From Balanoglossus misakiensis (taxonomy: Eukaryota > Animalia > Hemichordata), in contig CM082576.2 of assembly GCA_040954595.2 (NCBI GenBank), positions 18,709,028 to 18,773,027 on the forward strand: DNA of 64,000 nucleotides, read 5' to 3'. The position numbers and the translations under genes were made by a program. Below are positions 14,508 to 28,000 of the stretch, piece after piece. The notes beneath the pieces are model-generated. The model was not told where the DNA came from. It saw only the letters and a list, made by a program, of their open reading frames with translations, and did no database searches. Every line of letters begins with the position of its first letter. The first letter of the stretch is position 1.

Positions 14508-16696
14508 GTCGAAAATTTGTCATTTATTAATGATTTTCACCCATGATTTTTTTTCAAAAATCGACAAAATTTTGAGATTTTGCAAAGTCGAAAATTTGTA
14601 ATTTTTTGATGATTTTCACCCATGTTTTTTTTCAAAATTGAACGAACCCATGATTTTTTTCAAAAATCGACGAAATTTTGAGATTTTGCAAAGTCGAAAA
14701 TTTGTCATTTTTTGATGATTTTCACCCATGATTTTTTTCAAAAATCGACAAAATTTTTAGATTTTGCAAAGTCGAAAATTTGTCATTTTTTGATGATTTT
14801 CACCCATGATTTTTTTCAAAAATCGACGAAATTTTGAGATTTTGCAAATTCGAAAATTTTGTAATTTTTTGATGATTTTCACCCATGTTTTTTTTCAAAA
14901 ATCAACGAACCCATGATTTTTTTTCAAAAATCGACCAAATTTTGGGATTTTGCAAAGACGAAAATTTGTCATTTTTTGATGATTTTCACCCATGATTTTT
15001 CTCAAAAATCGACGAAATTTTGAGATTTTGCAAAGTCGAAAATTTGTCATTTTTTGATGATTTTCACCCATGATTTTTTTCAAAAATCGACGAAATTTGA
15101 GATTTTGCAAATTCGAAAATTTGTAATTTTTTGTTGATTGTCACCCTTTTTTTTCAAAAATCAACGAACCCATGATTTTTTTTCAAAAATAGACAAAATT
15201 TTGAGATTTTGCAAAGTCGAAAATTTGTAATTTTTTGATGATTTTCACCCATGTTTTTTTCAAAATTGAACGAACCCATGATTTTTTTCAAAAATCGACG
15301 AAATTTTGAGATTTTGCAAAGTCGAAAATTTGTGATTTTTTGATGATTTTCACCCATGATTTTTTTCAAAAATCGACAAAATTTTTAGATTTTGCAAAGT
15401 CGAAAATTTGTCATTTTTTGATTATTTTCACCCATGATTTTTTTCAAAAATCGACAAAATTTTTAGATTTTGCAAAGTCGAAAATTTGTCATTTTTTGAT
15501 GATTTTCACCATGATTTTTTTTTTAAAAATCGACGAAATTTTGAGATTTTGCAAAGACGAAAATTTGTCATTTTTTGATGATTTTCACCCATGATTTTTT
15601 TTCAAAAATGTACGAAATTTTGAGATTTTGCAAAGTCGAAAATTTGTCATTTTTTGATGATTTTCACCCATGATTTTTTTCAAAAATCGACAAAATTTTG
15701 AGATTTTGCAAAGACGAAAATTTGTCATTTTTTGATGATTTTCACCCATGATTTTTTTCAAAAGTCGACGAAATTTTGAGATTTTGCAAAGACAAAAATT
15801 TTTCATTTTTTGATGATTTTCACCCGTGATTTTTTTCAAAAATCGACAAAATTTTGAGATTTTGCAAAGTCGAAAATTTGACATTTTTTGATGATTTTCA
15901 CCCATGTTTTTTTTCAAAAATCAACGAACCCATGATTTTTTTTTCAAAAATCGACGAAATTTAGAGATTTTGCAAAGTCGAAAATTTGTCATTTCTTAAT
16001 GATTTTCACCCATGTTTTTTTTTCAAAAATCGACAAAATTTTGAGATTTTGCAAAGTCGAAAATTTGTAATTTTTTGATGATTTTCACCAATGTTTTTTT
16101 TTAAAAATCAACGAACCCATGATTTTTTTCAAAAATTGACAACATTTTGAGATTTTGCAAAGTCGAAAATTTGTCATTTTTTGATGATTTTCACCCATGA
16201 TTTTTTTCAAAAATCGACAAAATTTTTAGATTTTGCAAAGTCGAAAATTTGTCATTTTTTGATGATTTTCACCCATGATTTTTTTCAAAAATCGACGAAA
16301 TTTTGAGATTTTGCAAATTCGAAAATTTGTAATTTTTTGATGATTTTCACCCATGTTTTTTTTCAAAAATCAACGAACCCATGATTTTTTTTCAAAAATC
16401 GACCAAATTTTGGGATTTTGCAAAGACGAAAATTTGTCATTTTTTGATGATTTTCACCCATGATTTTTCTCAAAAATCGACGAAATTTTGAGATTTTGCA
16501 AAGTCGAAAATTTGTCATTTTTTGATGATTTTCACCCATGATTTTTTTCAAAAATCGACGAAATTTGAGATTTTGCAAATTCGAAAATTTGTAATTTTTT
16601 GTTGATTTTCACCCTTTTTTTTCAAAAATCAACGAACCCATGATTTTTTTTCAAAAATAGACAAAATTTTGAGATTTTGCAAAGTCGAAAATTTGT
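14508..16696. repeat. Left copy of the ~2.2 kb direct duplication flanking the island
   Basis: It matches 19883-22070 at offset 5374-5375 (ORFs 14895/20270, 15154/20529, 15340/20715, 15585/20960, 16363/21737). Both copies share the extra-T variant TTCGAAAATTTTGTAA and GATTGTCACC. Confidence 0.85.
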
Positions 16697-19600
16697 CATT
16701 TTTTGATGATTTTCACACATGATTTTTTTCAAAAATCGACGAAATTGTGAGATTTTGCAAAGACGAAAATTTGTCATTTTTTGATGATTTTCACACATGA
16801 TTTTTTTCAAAAATCGACGAAATTGTGAGATTTTGCAAAGACGAAAATTTGTCATTTTTTGATGATTTTTACCCATGATTTTTTTTCAAAAATGGACGAA
16901 ATTTTGAGGTTTTGCAAAGTCGAAAATTTGTTATTTTTTGATGATTTTCACCCATGTCTTTTTTTAAAAATCGACGAAATTTTGAGATTTTGCAAAGAGG
17001 AAAATTTGTCATTTTTTCATGATTTTCCCCCATGATTTTTTTCAAAAATCGACGAAATTTTGAGATTTTGCAAAGTCGACGAAAATGTGTCATTTTTTGA
17101 TGATTTTCAACCGTTTTTTTTCAAAATTTGTCAGTTTTTGATGATTTTCACCCATGTTTTTTTTTTAAAAAATCGACGAACCAATGATTTTTTTCGAAAT
17201 CGACGAAATTTTGTGATTTTACAAAGTCGAAAATTTTGTCATTTTTTGATGATTTTCAACCATGATTTTTTTTCAAAAATCGACGAAAATTTGAGATTTT
17301 GCAAAGACGAAAATTTGTCATTTTTGATGATTTTTACCCATGATTTTTTTTCAAAAATGGACGAAATTTTGAGATTTTGCAAAGACGAAAATTTGTCATT
17401 TTTTGATGATTTTCACCCATGATTTTTTTTCAAAAATCGACGAAATTTTGAGATTTTGCAAAGAGGAAAATTTGTCATTTTTTCATGATTTTCCCCCATG
17501 ATTTTTTTCAAAAATCGACGAAATTTTGTGATTTTACAAAGTCGAAAATTTTGTCATTTTTTGATGATTTTCAACCATGATTTTTTTTCAAAAATCGACG
17601 AAAATTTGAGATTTTGCAAAGACGAAAATTTGTCATTTTTGATGATTTTCACCCATGATTTTTTTCAAAAATCGATGAAATTTTGAGATTTTGCAGTAAA
17701 AAAATTGTCATTATTTGATGATTTTCGACCATGATTTTTTTCAAAATTGACGAAATTTTGAGATTTTGCAGTCGAAAATTTGTCATTTTTTGATCATTTT
17801 CCCCCATGATTTTTTTCAAAAATCGACGAAATTTTCAGATTTTGCAAAGTCTAAAATTTGTCATTTTTTCATGATTTTCACCCATGATTTTTTCAAAAAT
17901 TGACGAAATTTTGAGATTTTGCAAAGTCGAAAATTTGTCATTTTTTGATGATTTTCACCCATGTCTTTTTTCAAAAATCGACGAAATTTTGAGATTTTGC
18001 AAAGAGGAAAATTTGTCATTTTTTGATGATTTTCAACAATTTTTTTAAAAAATCGACGAAAATTTGAGATTTTGCAGTAAAAAATTTGTCATTTTTTGAT
18101 GATTTTCACCCATGATTTTTTTAAAATTGGCAAAATTTTGAGATTTTGCAAAGTCGAAAATTTGTCATTTTTTGATGATTTTCACCCATGATTTTTTATC
18201 ACAAATCGACGAAATTTTGAGATTTTGTAGTCGTAAATTTGTCATTTTTTGATGATTTTCCCCCATGATTTTTTTCAAAAATCAACGAAATTTTGAGATT
18301 TTGCAAAGTCGAAAATTTGTCATTTTTAGATGATTTTCAACCGTCTTTTTTCAAAAAATCGACGAAATTTTGTGATTTTGTAAAGAGGAAAATTTGTCAT
18401 TTTTTGATAATTTTCAACAATGATTTATTTCAAAAATCGACGAAATTTTGAGATTTTGCAGTCGAAAATTTGTCATTTTTTGATGATTTTCCCCCATGAT
18501 TTTTTTCAAAAATCGACGAAATTTTGAAATTTTGCAAAGTTGAAAATTTTTCAAAAATCGACGAAATTTATAGATTTTGCAAAGAGGAAAATTTGTCATT
18601 TTTTGATGATTTTCACCCATGATTTTTTTCAAAATTGACGAAATTTTGAGTTTTTGCAGTCGAAAATTTGTCATTTTTTGATGATTTTCACCCGTTTTTT
18701 TTCAAAAATCGACGAAATTTTGAGATTTTGCAGTCGAAAATTTGTCATTTTTTGATGATTTTCACCCATGATTTTTTCAAAATTGACGAAATTTTGAAAT
18801 TTTGCAGTCGAAAATTTGTCATTTTTTGATCATTTTCCCCATGATTTTTTTCAAAAATCGACGAAATTTTGAGATTTTGCAAAGTCGAAAATTTGTCATT
18901 TTTTGATGATTTTCACCCATGATTTTTTTCAAAAATCGATCAAATTTTGAGATTTTGCAGTAAAAAAATTGTCATTTTTTGATGATTTTCACCCATGATT
19001 TTTTTCAAAATTGACGAAATTTTGAGATTTTGCAGTCGAAAATTTGTCATTTTTTGATCATTTTCCCCCATGATTTTTTTCAAAAATCGACGAAATTTTC
19101 AGATTTTGCAAAGTCGAAAATTTGTCATTTTTTCATGATTTTCACCCATGATTTTTTCAAAAATCGACGAAATTTTGAGATTTTGCAGTCGAAAATTTGT
19201 AATTTTTTGATGATTTTCCCCCATGATTTTTTTCAAAAATCGACGAAATTTTGAGATTTTGCAAAGTCGAAAATTTGTCATTTTTTGATGATTTTCACCC
19301 ATGATTTTCTTCAAAAATCGACGACATTTTGAGATTTTGCAAAGTCGAAAATTTGTCATTTTTTGATGATTTTCACCCATGATTTTTTTCAAAAATCGAC
19401 GAAATTTTGAGATTTTGCAAAGTCGAAAATTTGTCATTTTTTCATGATTTTCACCCATGATTTTTTCAAAAATCGATGAAATTTTCAGATTTTGCAAAGT
19501 CGAAAATTTGTCATTTTTTGATGATTTTCACCCATGATTTTTTTCAAAATTGACGAAATTTTGAGATTGTGCAAAGTCAAAAATTTGTCATTTTTTGATG

Positions 19601-19895
19601 ATTTTCACCCATGATTTTTTTTCACAAATCGACGAAATTTTGAGATTTTGTAGTCGTAAATTTGTCATTTTTGATGATTTTCCCCCATGATTTTTTTCAA
19701 AAATCAACGAAATTTTGAGATTTTGCAAAGTCGAAAATTTGTCATTTTTAGATGATTTTCAACCGTCTTTTTTCAAAAAATCGACGAAATTTTGTGATTT
19801 TGTAAAGAGGAAAATTTGTCATTTTTTGATAATTTTCAACAATGATTTATTTCAAAAATCGACGAAATTTTGAGATTTTGCAGTCGAAAATTTGT
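16697..19895. repeat. Island of a divergent satellite subfamily (~3.2 kb, ~41 monomers)
   Basis: It carries variants I did not see elsewhere in the window: GCAGTCG (2-bp deletion, 76-bp monomers), AAAGAGGAAAA, TTTTCCCCCATG, TTTCACACATG, GAAATTGTGA, GCAGTAAAAA, GTAGTCGTAAA and TTTTCAACC. The canonical short units are absent. Confidence 0.92.
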
Positions 19896-22070
19896 CATTT
19901 ATTAATGATTTTCACCCATGATTTTTTTTCAAAAATCGACAAAATTTTGAGATTTTGCAAAGTCGAAAATTTGTAATTTTTTGATGATTTTCACCCATGT
20001 TTTTTTTCAAAATTGAACGAACCCATGATTTTTTTCAAAAATCGACGAAATTTTGAGATTTTGCAAAGTCGAAAATTTGTCATTTTTTGATGATTTTCAC
20101 CCATGATTTTTTTCAAAAATCGACAAAATTTTTAGATTTTGCAAAGTCGAAAATTTGTCATTTTTTGATGATTTTCACCCATGATTTTTTTCAAAAATCG
20201 ACGAAATTTTGAGATTTTGCAAATTCGAAAATTTTGTAATTTTTTGATGATTTTCACCCATGTTTTTTTTCAAAAATCAACGAACCCATGATTTTTTTTC
20301 AAAAATCGACCAAATTTTGGGATTTTGCAAAGACGAAAATTTGTCATTTTTTGATGATTTTCACCCATGATTTTTCTCAAAAATCGACGAAATTTTGAGA
20401 TTTTGCAAAGTCGAAAATTTGTCATTTTTTGATGATTTTCACCCATGATTTTTTTCAAAAATCGACGAAATTTGAGATTTTGCAAATTCGAAAATTTGTA
20501 ATTTTTTGTTGATTGTCACCCTTTTTTTTCAAAAATCAACGAACCCATGATTTTTTTTCAAAAATAGACAAAATTTTGAGATTTTGCAAAGTCGAAAATT
20601 TGTAATTTTTTGATGATTTTCACCCATGTTTTTTTCAAAATTGAACGAACCCATGATTTTTTTCAAAAATCGACGAAATTTTGAGATTTTGCAAAGTCGA
20701 AAATTTGTGATTTTTTGATGATTTTCACCCATGATTTTTTTCAAAAATCGACAAAATTTTTAGATTTTGCAAAGTCGAAAATTTGTCATTTTTTGATTAT
20801 TTTCACCCATGATTTTTTTCAAAAATCGACAAAATTTTTAGATTTTGCAAAGTCGAAAATTTGTCATTTTTTGATGATTTTCACCATGATTTTTTTTTTA
20901 AAAATCGACGAAATTTTGAGATTTTGCAAAGACGAAAATTTGTCATTTTTTGATGATTTTCACCCATGATTTTTTTTCAAAAATGTACGAAATTTTGAGA
21001 TTTTGCAAAGTCGAAAATTTGTCATTTTTTGATGATTTTCACCCATGATTTTTTTCAAAAATCGACAAAATTTTGAGATTTTGCAAAGACGAAAATTTGT
21101 CATTTTTTGATGATTTTCACCCATGATTTTTTTCAAAAGTCGACGAAATTTTGAGATTTTGCAAAGACAGAAATTTTTCATTTTTTGATGATTTTCACCC
21201 GTGATTTTTTTCAAAAATCGACAAAATTTTGAGATTTTGCAAAGTCGAAAATTTGACATTTTTTGATGATTTTCACCCATGTTTTTTTTCAAAAATCAAC
21301 GAACCCATGATTTTTTTTTCAAAAATCGACGAAATTTAGAGATTTTGCAAAGTCGAAAATTTGTCATTTCTTAATGATTTTCACCCATGTTTTTTTTCAA
21401 AAATCGACAAAATTTTGAGATTTTGCAAAGTCGAAAATTTGTAATTTTTTGATGATTTTCACCAATGTTTTTTTTTAAAAATCAACGAACCCATGATTTT
21501 TTTCAAAAATTGACAACATTTTGAGATTTTGCAAAGTCGAAAATTTGTCATTTTTTGATGATTTTCACCCATGATTTTTTTCAAAAATCGACAAAATTTT
21601 TAGATTTTGCAAAGTCGAAAATTTGTCATTTTTTGATGATTTTCACCCATGATTTTTTTCAAAAATCGACGAAATTTTGAGATTTTGCAAATTCGAAAAT
21701 TTGTAATTTTTTGATGATTTTCACCCATGTTTTTTTTCAAAAATCAACGAACCCATGATTTTTTTTCAAAAATCGACCAAATTTTGGGATTTTGCAAAGA
21801 CGAAAATTTGTCATTTTTTGATGATTTTCACCCATGATTTTTCTCAAAAATCGACGAAATTTTGAGATTTTGCAAAGTCGAAAATTTGTCATTTTTTGAT
21901 GATTTTCACCCATGATTTTTTTCAAAAATCGACGAAATTTGAGATTTTGCAAATTCGAAAATTTGTAATTTTTTGTTGATTTTCACCCTTTTTTTTCAAA
22001 AATCAACGAACCCATGATTTTTTTTCAAAAATAGACAAAATTTTGAGATTTTGCAAAGTCGAAAATTTGT
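19883..22070. repeat. Right copy of the ~2.2 kb direct duplication flanking the island
   Basis: CATTTATTAAT at 19896 corresponds to 14521+5375. Identity continues to TTTGT at 22070/16696, where the left copy switches into island sequence. Confidence 0.85.
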
Positions 22071-25000
22071 AATTTTTTGATGATTTTCACCCATGTTTTT
22101 TTCAAAATTGAACGAACCCATGATTTTTTTCAAAAATCGACGAAATTTTTAGATTTTGCAAAGTCGAAAATTTGTCATTTTTTGATGATTTTCACCCATG
22201 ATTTTTTTCAAAAATCGACGAATTTTTGAGATTTTGCAAAGACGAAAATTTGTCATTTTTTGATGATTTTCACCCAAGACTTTTTTTCAAAAATTTACGA
22301 AATTTTGAGATTTTGCAAAGTCGAAAATTTGTCATTTTTTGATGATTTTCACCCATGTTTTTTTTATTCAAAAATCGACGAAATTTTGAGATTTTGCAAA
22401 TTCGAAAATTTGTAATTTTTTGATGATTTTCACCCGTTTTTTTTCAAAAATCAACGAACCCATGATTTTTTTTCAAAAGAGGACAACATTTTGAGATTTT
22501 GCAAAGTCGAAAATTTGTCATTTTTTGATGATTTTCACCCATGATTTTTTTCAAAAATCGACGAAATTTTGAGATTTTGCAAAGTCGAAAATTTGTCATT
22601 TTTTGATGATTTTCACCCATGATTTTTTTTCAAAAATCGACGAAATTTTGATATTTTGCAAAGTCGAAAATTTGTCATTTATTAATGATTTTCACCCATG
22701 ATTTTTTTTCAAAAATCGACAAAATTTTGAGATTTTGCAAAGTCGAAAATTTGTAATTTTTTGATGATTTTCACCCATGTTTTTTTTCAAAATTGAACGA
22801 ACCCATGATTTTTTTCAAAAATCGACGAAATTTTGAGATTTTGCAAAGTCGAAAATTTGTCATTTTTTGATGATTTTCACCCATGATTTTTTTCAAAAAT
22901 CGACACAATTTTTAGATTTTGCAAAGTCGAAAATTTGTCATTTTTTGATTATTTTCACCCATGATTTTTTTCAAAAATCGACGAAATTTTTAGATTTTGC
23001 AAAGACGAAAATTTGTCATTTTTTGATGATTTTCACCCATGTTTTTTTTCAAAAATCAACGAACCCATAATTTTTTTTCAAAAAAGGACAACATTTTGAG
23101 ATTTTGCAAAGTCGAAAATTTGTCATTTTTTGATGATTTTCACCCATGATTTTTCTCAAAAATCGACGAAATTTTGAGATTTTGGAAAGTCGAAAATTTG
23201 TCATTTTTTGATGATTTTCACCCATGATTTTTTTTCAAAAATTGACGAAATTTTGAGATTTTGCAAAGTCGAAAATTTGTCATTTTTTGATGATTTTCAC
23301 CCATGTTTTTTTCAAAATTGAACGAACCCATGATTTTTTTCAAAAATCGACGAAATTTGTAGATTTTGCAAAGTCGAAAATTTGTCATTTTTTGATGATT
23401 TTCACCCATGATTTTTTTCAACAATCGACGAAATTTTGAGATTTTGCAAAGTCGAAAATTTGTCATTTTTTGATGATTTTCACCCAAGACTTTTTTTCAA
23501 AAATTTACGAAATTTTGAGATTTTGCAAAGTCGAAAATTTGTCATTTTTTGATGATTTTCACCCATGTTTTTTTTTTTCAAAAATCGACGAAATTTTGAG
23601 ATTTTGTAAATTCGAAAATTTGTAATTTTTTGATGATTTTCACCCATGTTTTTTTTCAAAAATCAACGAACCCATGATTTTTTTTCAAAAGAGGACAACA
23701 TTTTGAGATTTTGCAAAGTCGAAAATTTGTCATTTTTTGATGATTTTCACCCATGATTTTTTTCAAAAATCGACGAAATTTTGAGATTTTGCAAAGTCGA
23801 AAATTTGTCATTTTTTGATGATTTTCACCCATGATTTTTTTTCAAAAATCGACGAAATTTTGAGATTTTGCAAAGTCGAAAATTTGTCATTTATTAATGA
23901 TTTTCACCCATGATTTTTTTTCAAAAATCGACAAAATTTTGAGATTTTGCAAAGTCGAAAATTTGTAATTTTTTGATGATTTTCACCCATGTTTTTTTCA
24001 AAATTGAACGAACCCATGATTTTTTTCAAAAATCGACGAAATTTTTAGATTTTGCAAAGTCGAAAATTTGTCATTTTTTGATGATTTTCACCCATGATTT
24101 TTTTCAACAATCGACGAAATTTTGAGATTTTGCAAAGTCGAAAATTTGTCATTTTTTGATGATTTTCACCCAAGACTTTTTTTCAAAAATTTACGAAATT
24201 TTGAGATTTTGCAAAGTCGAAAATTTGTCATTTTTTGATGATTTTCACCCATGTTTTTTTTTTCAAAAATCGACGAAATTTTGAGATTTTGTAAATTCGA
24301 AAATTTGTAATTTTTTGATGATTTTCACCCATGTTTTTTTTCAAAAATCAACGAACCCATGATTTTTTTTCAAAAGAGGACAACATTTTGAGATTTTGCA
24401 AAGTCGAAAATTTGTCATTTTTTGATGATTTTCACCCATGATTTTTTTTCAAAAATCGACGAAATTTTGAGATTTTGCAAAGTCGAAAATTTGTCATTTA
24501 TTAATGATTTTCACCCATGATTTTTTTCAAAATTGAACGAACCCATGATTTTTTTCAAAAATCGACGAAATTTTGAGATTTTGCAAAGTCGAAAATTTGT
24601 CATTTTTTGATGATTTTCACCCATGATTTTTTTCAAAAATCGACAAAATTTTTATATTTTGCAAAGTCGAAAATTTGTCATTTTTTGATTATTTTCACCC
24701 ATGATTTTTTTCAAAAATCGACAAAATTTTTAGATTTTGCAAAGTCGAAAATTTGTCATTTTTTGATGATTTTCACCATGATTTTTTTTAAAAATCGACG
24801 AAATTTTGAGATTTTGCAAAGACGAAAATTTGTCATTTTTTGATGATTTTCACCCATGTTTTTTTTCAAAAATCAACGAACCCATGATTTTTTTTTCAAA
24901 AAAGGACAAAATTTTGAGATTTTGCAAAGTCGAAAATTTGTCATTTATTAATGATTTTCACCCATGATTTTTTTTCAAAAATCGACAAAATTTTGAGATT

Positions 25001-28000
25001 TTGCAAAGTCGAAAATTTGTAATTTTTTGATGATTTTCACCCATGTTTTTTTTCAAAATTGAACGAACCCATGATTTTTTTCAAAAATCGACGAAATTTT
25101 GAGATTTTGCAAAGTCGAAAATTTGTCATTTTTTGATGATTTTCACCCATGATTTTTTTCAAAAATCGACAAAATTTTTAGATTTTGCAAAGTCGAAAAT
25201 TTGTCATTTTTTGATGATTTTCACCCATGATTTTTTTCAAAAATCGACGAAATTTTGAGATTTTGCAAATTCGAAAATTTGTAATTTTTTGATGATTTTC
25301 ACCCATGTTTTTTTTCAAAAATCAACGAACCCATGATTTTTTTCCAAAAATCGACCAAATTTTGGGATTTTGCAAAGACGAAAATTTGTCATTTTTTAAT
25401 TATTTTCACCCATGATTTTTCTCAAAAATCGACGAAATTTTGAGATTTTGCAAAGTCGAAAATTTGTCATTTTTTGATGATTTTCACCCATGATTTTTTT
25501 CAAAAATCGACGAAATTTGAGATTTTGCAAATTCGAAAATTTGTAATTTTTTGTTGATTGTCACCCTTTTTTTTCAAAAATCAACGAACCCATGATTTTT
25601 TTTCAAAAATAGACAAAATTTTGAGATTTTGCAAAGTCGAAAATTTGTAATTTTTTGATGATTTTCACCCATGTTTTTTTCAAAATTGAACGAACCCATG
25701 ATTTTTTTTCAAAAATCGACGAAATTTTTAGATTTTGCAAAGTCGAAAATTTGTCATTTTTTGATGATTTTCACCCAAGACTTTTTTTCAAAAATTTACG
25801 AAATTTTGAGATTTTGCAAAGTCGAAAATTTTTCATTTTTTGATGATTTTCACCCATGTTTTTTTTATTCAAAAATCGACGAAATTTTGAGATTTTGCAA
25901 ATTCGAAAATTTGTAATTTTTTGATGATTTTCACCCGTTTTTTTTCAAAAATCAACGAACCCATGATTTTTTTTCAAAAGAGGACAACATTTTGAGATTT
26001 TGCAAAGTCGAAAATTTGTCATTTTTTGATGATTTTCACCCATGATTTTTTTCAAAAATCGACACAATTTTTAGATTTTGCAAAGTCGAAAATTTGTCAT
26101 TTTTTGATTATTTTCACCCATGATTTTTTTCAAAAATCGACAAAATTTTTAGATTTTGCAAAGTCGAAAATTTGTCATTTTTTGATGATTTTCACCATGA
26201 TTTTTTTTTAAAAATCGACGAAATTTTGAGATTTTGCAAAGACGAAAATTTGTCATTTTTTGATGATTTTCACCCATGTTTTTTTTCAAAAATCAACGAA
26301 CCCATAATTTTTTTTCAAAAAAGGACAACAGTTTGAGATTTTGCAAAGTCGAAAATTTGTCATTTTTTGATGATTTTCACCCATGATTTTTCTCAAAAAT
26401 CGACGAAATTTTGAGATTTTGGAAAGTCGAAAATTTGTCATTTTTTGATGATTTTCACCCATGATTTTTTTTCAAAAATTGACGAAATTTTGAGATTTTG
26501 CAAAGTCGAAAATTTGTCATTTATTAATGATTTTCACCCATGATTTTTTTTTCAAAAATAGACAAAATTTTGAGATTTTGCAAAGTCGAAAATTTGTAAT
26601 TTTTTGATGATTTTCACCCATGTTTTTTTCAAAATTGAACGAACCCATGATTTTTTTCAAAAATCGACAAAATTTTTAGATTTTGCAAAGTCGAAAATTT
26701 GTCATTTTTTGATGATTTTCACCCATGATTTTTTTCAAAAATCGACGAAATTTTGAGATTTTGCAAAGTCGAAAATTTGTCATTTTTTGATGATTTTCAC
26801 CCATGATTTTTTTCAAAAATCGACAAAATTTTTAGATTTTGCAAAGTCGAAAATTTGTCATTTTTTGATGATTTTCACCATGATTTTTTTTTAAAAATCG
26901 ACGAAATTTTGAGATTTTGCAAAGACGAAAATTTGTCATTTTTTGATGATTTTCACCCATGTTTTTTTTCAAAAATCAACGAACCCATAATTTTTTTTCA
27001 AAAAAGGACAACATTTTGAGATTTTGCAAAGTCGAAAATTTGTCATTTTTTGATGATTTTCACCCATGATTTTTTCCAAAAATCGACGAAATTTTGAGAT
27101 TTTGCAAAGTCGAAAATTTGTCATTTTTTGATGATTTTCACCCATGATTTTTTTTCAAAAATCGACGAAATTTTGAGATTTTGCAAAGTCGAAAATTTGT
27201 CATTTATTAATGATTTTCACCCATGATTTTTTTTCAAAAATCGACAAAATTTTGAGATTTTGCAAAGTCGAAAATTTGTAATTTTTTGATGATTTTCACC
27301 CATGTTTTTTTTCAAAATTGAACGAACCCATGATTTTTTTCAAAAATCGACGAAATTTTGAGATTTTGCAAAGTCGAAAATTTGTCATTTTTTGATGATT
27401 TTCACCCATGATTTTTTTCAAAAATCGACAAAATTTTTAGATTTTGCAAAGTCGAAAATTTGTCATCTTTTGATTATTTTCACCCATGATTTTTTTCAAA
27501 AATCGACAAAATTTTTAGATTTTGCAAAGTCGAAAATTTGTCATTTTTTGATGATTTTCACCATGATTTTTTTTTAAAAATCGACGAAATTTTGAGATTT
27601 TGCAAAGACGAAAATTTGTCATTTTTTGATGATTTTCACCCATGTTTTTTTTCAAAAATCAACGAACCCATGATTTTTTTTTCAAAAAAGGACAAAATTT
27701 TGAGATTTTGCAAAGTCGAAAATTTGTCATTTATTAATGATTTTCACCCATGATTTTTTTTCAAAAATCGACAAAATTTTGAGATTTTGCAAAGTCGAAA
27801 ATTTGTAATTTTTTGATGATTTTCACCCATGTTTTTTTTTCAAAATTGAACGAACCCATGATTTTTTTCAAAAATCGACGAAATTTTGAGATTTTGCAAA
27901 GTCGAAAATTTGTCATTTTTTGATGATTTTCACCCATGATTTTTTTCAAAAATCGACAAAATTTTTAGATTTTGCAAAGTCGAAAATTTGTCATTTTTTG

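Larger units (their letters stand above)
5446..25750. repeat. ~4.8-5.0 kb higher-order repeat, three full copies plus one truncated copy interrupted by the divergent island
   Basis: The TTTGTGATTT marker lies at 5446, 10284, 15332 and 20707. Identical 110-aa ORFs start at 5698, 10537, 15585 and 20960. Further identical or near-identical ORF sets occur at 7606/12445/22867, 8035/12796/23218 and 9424/14185/24607. Confidence 0.9.

Noticed and set aside
16697-19895. Transposon or foreign insertion with target-site duplication
   Set aside because: The insert is entirely homologous satellite in the same register, with no terminal repeats or coding capacity. A 2.2 kb flanking duplication is far beyond target-site duplication size.
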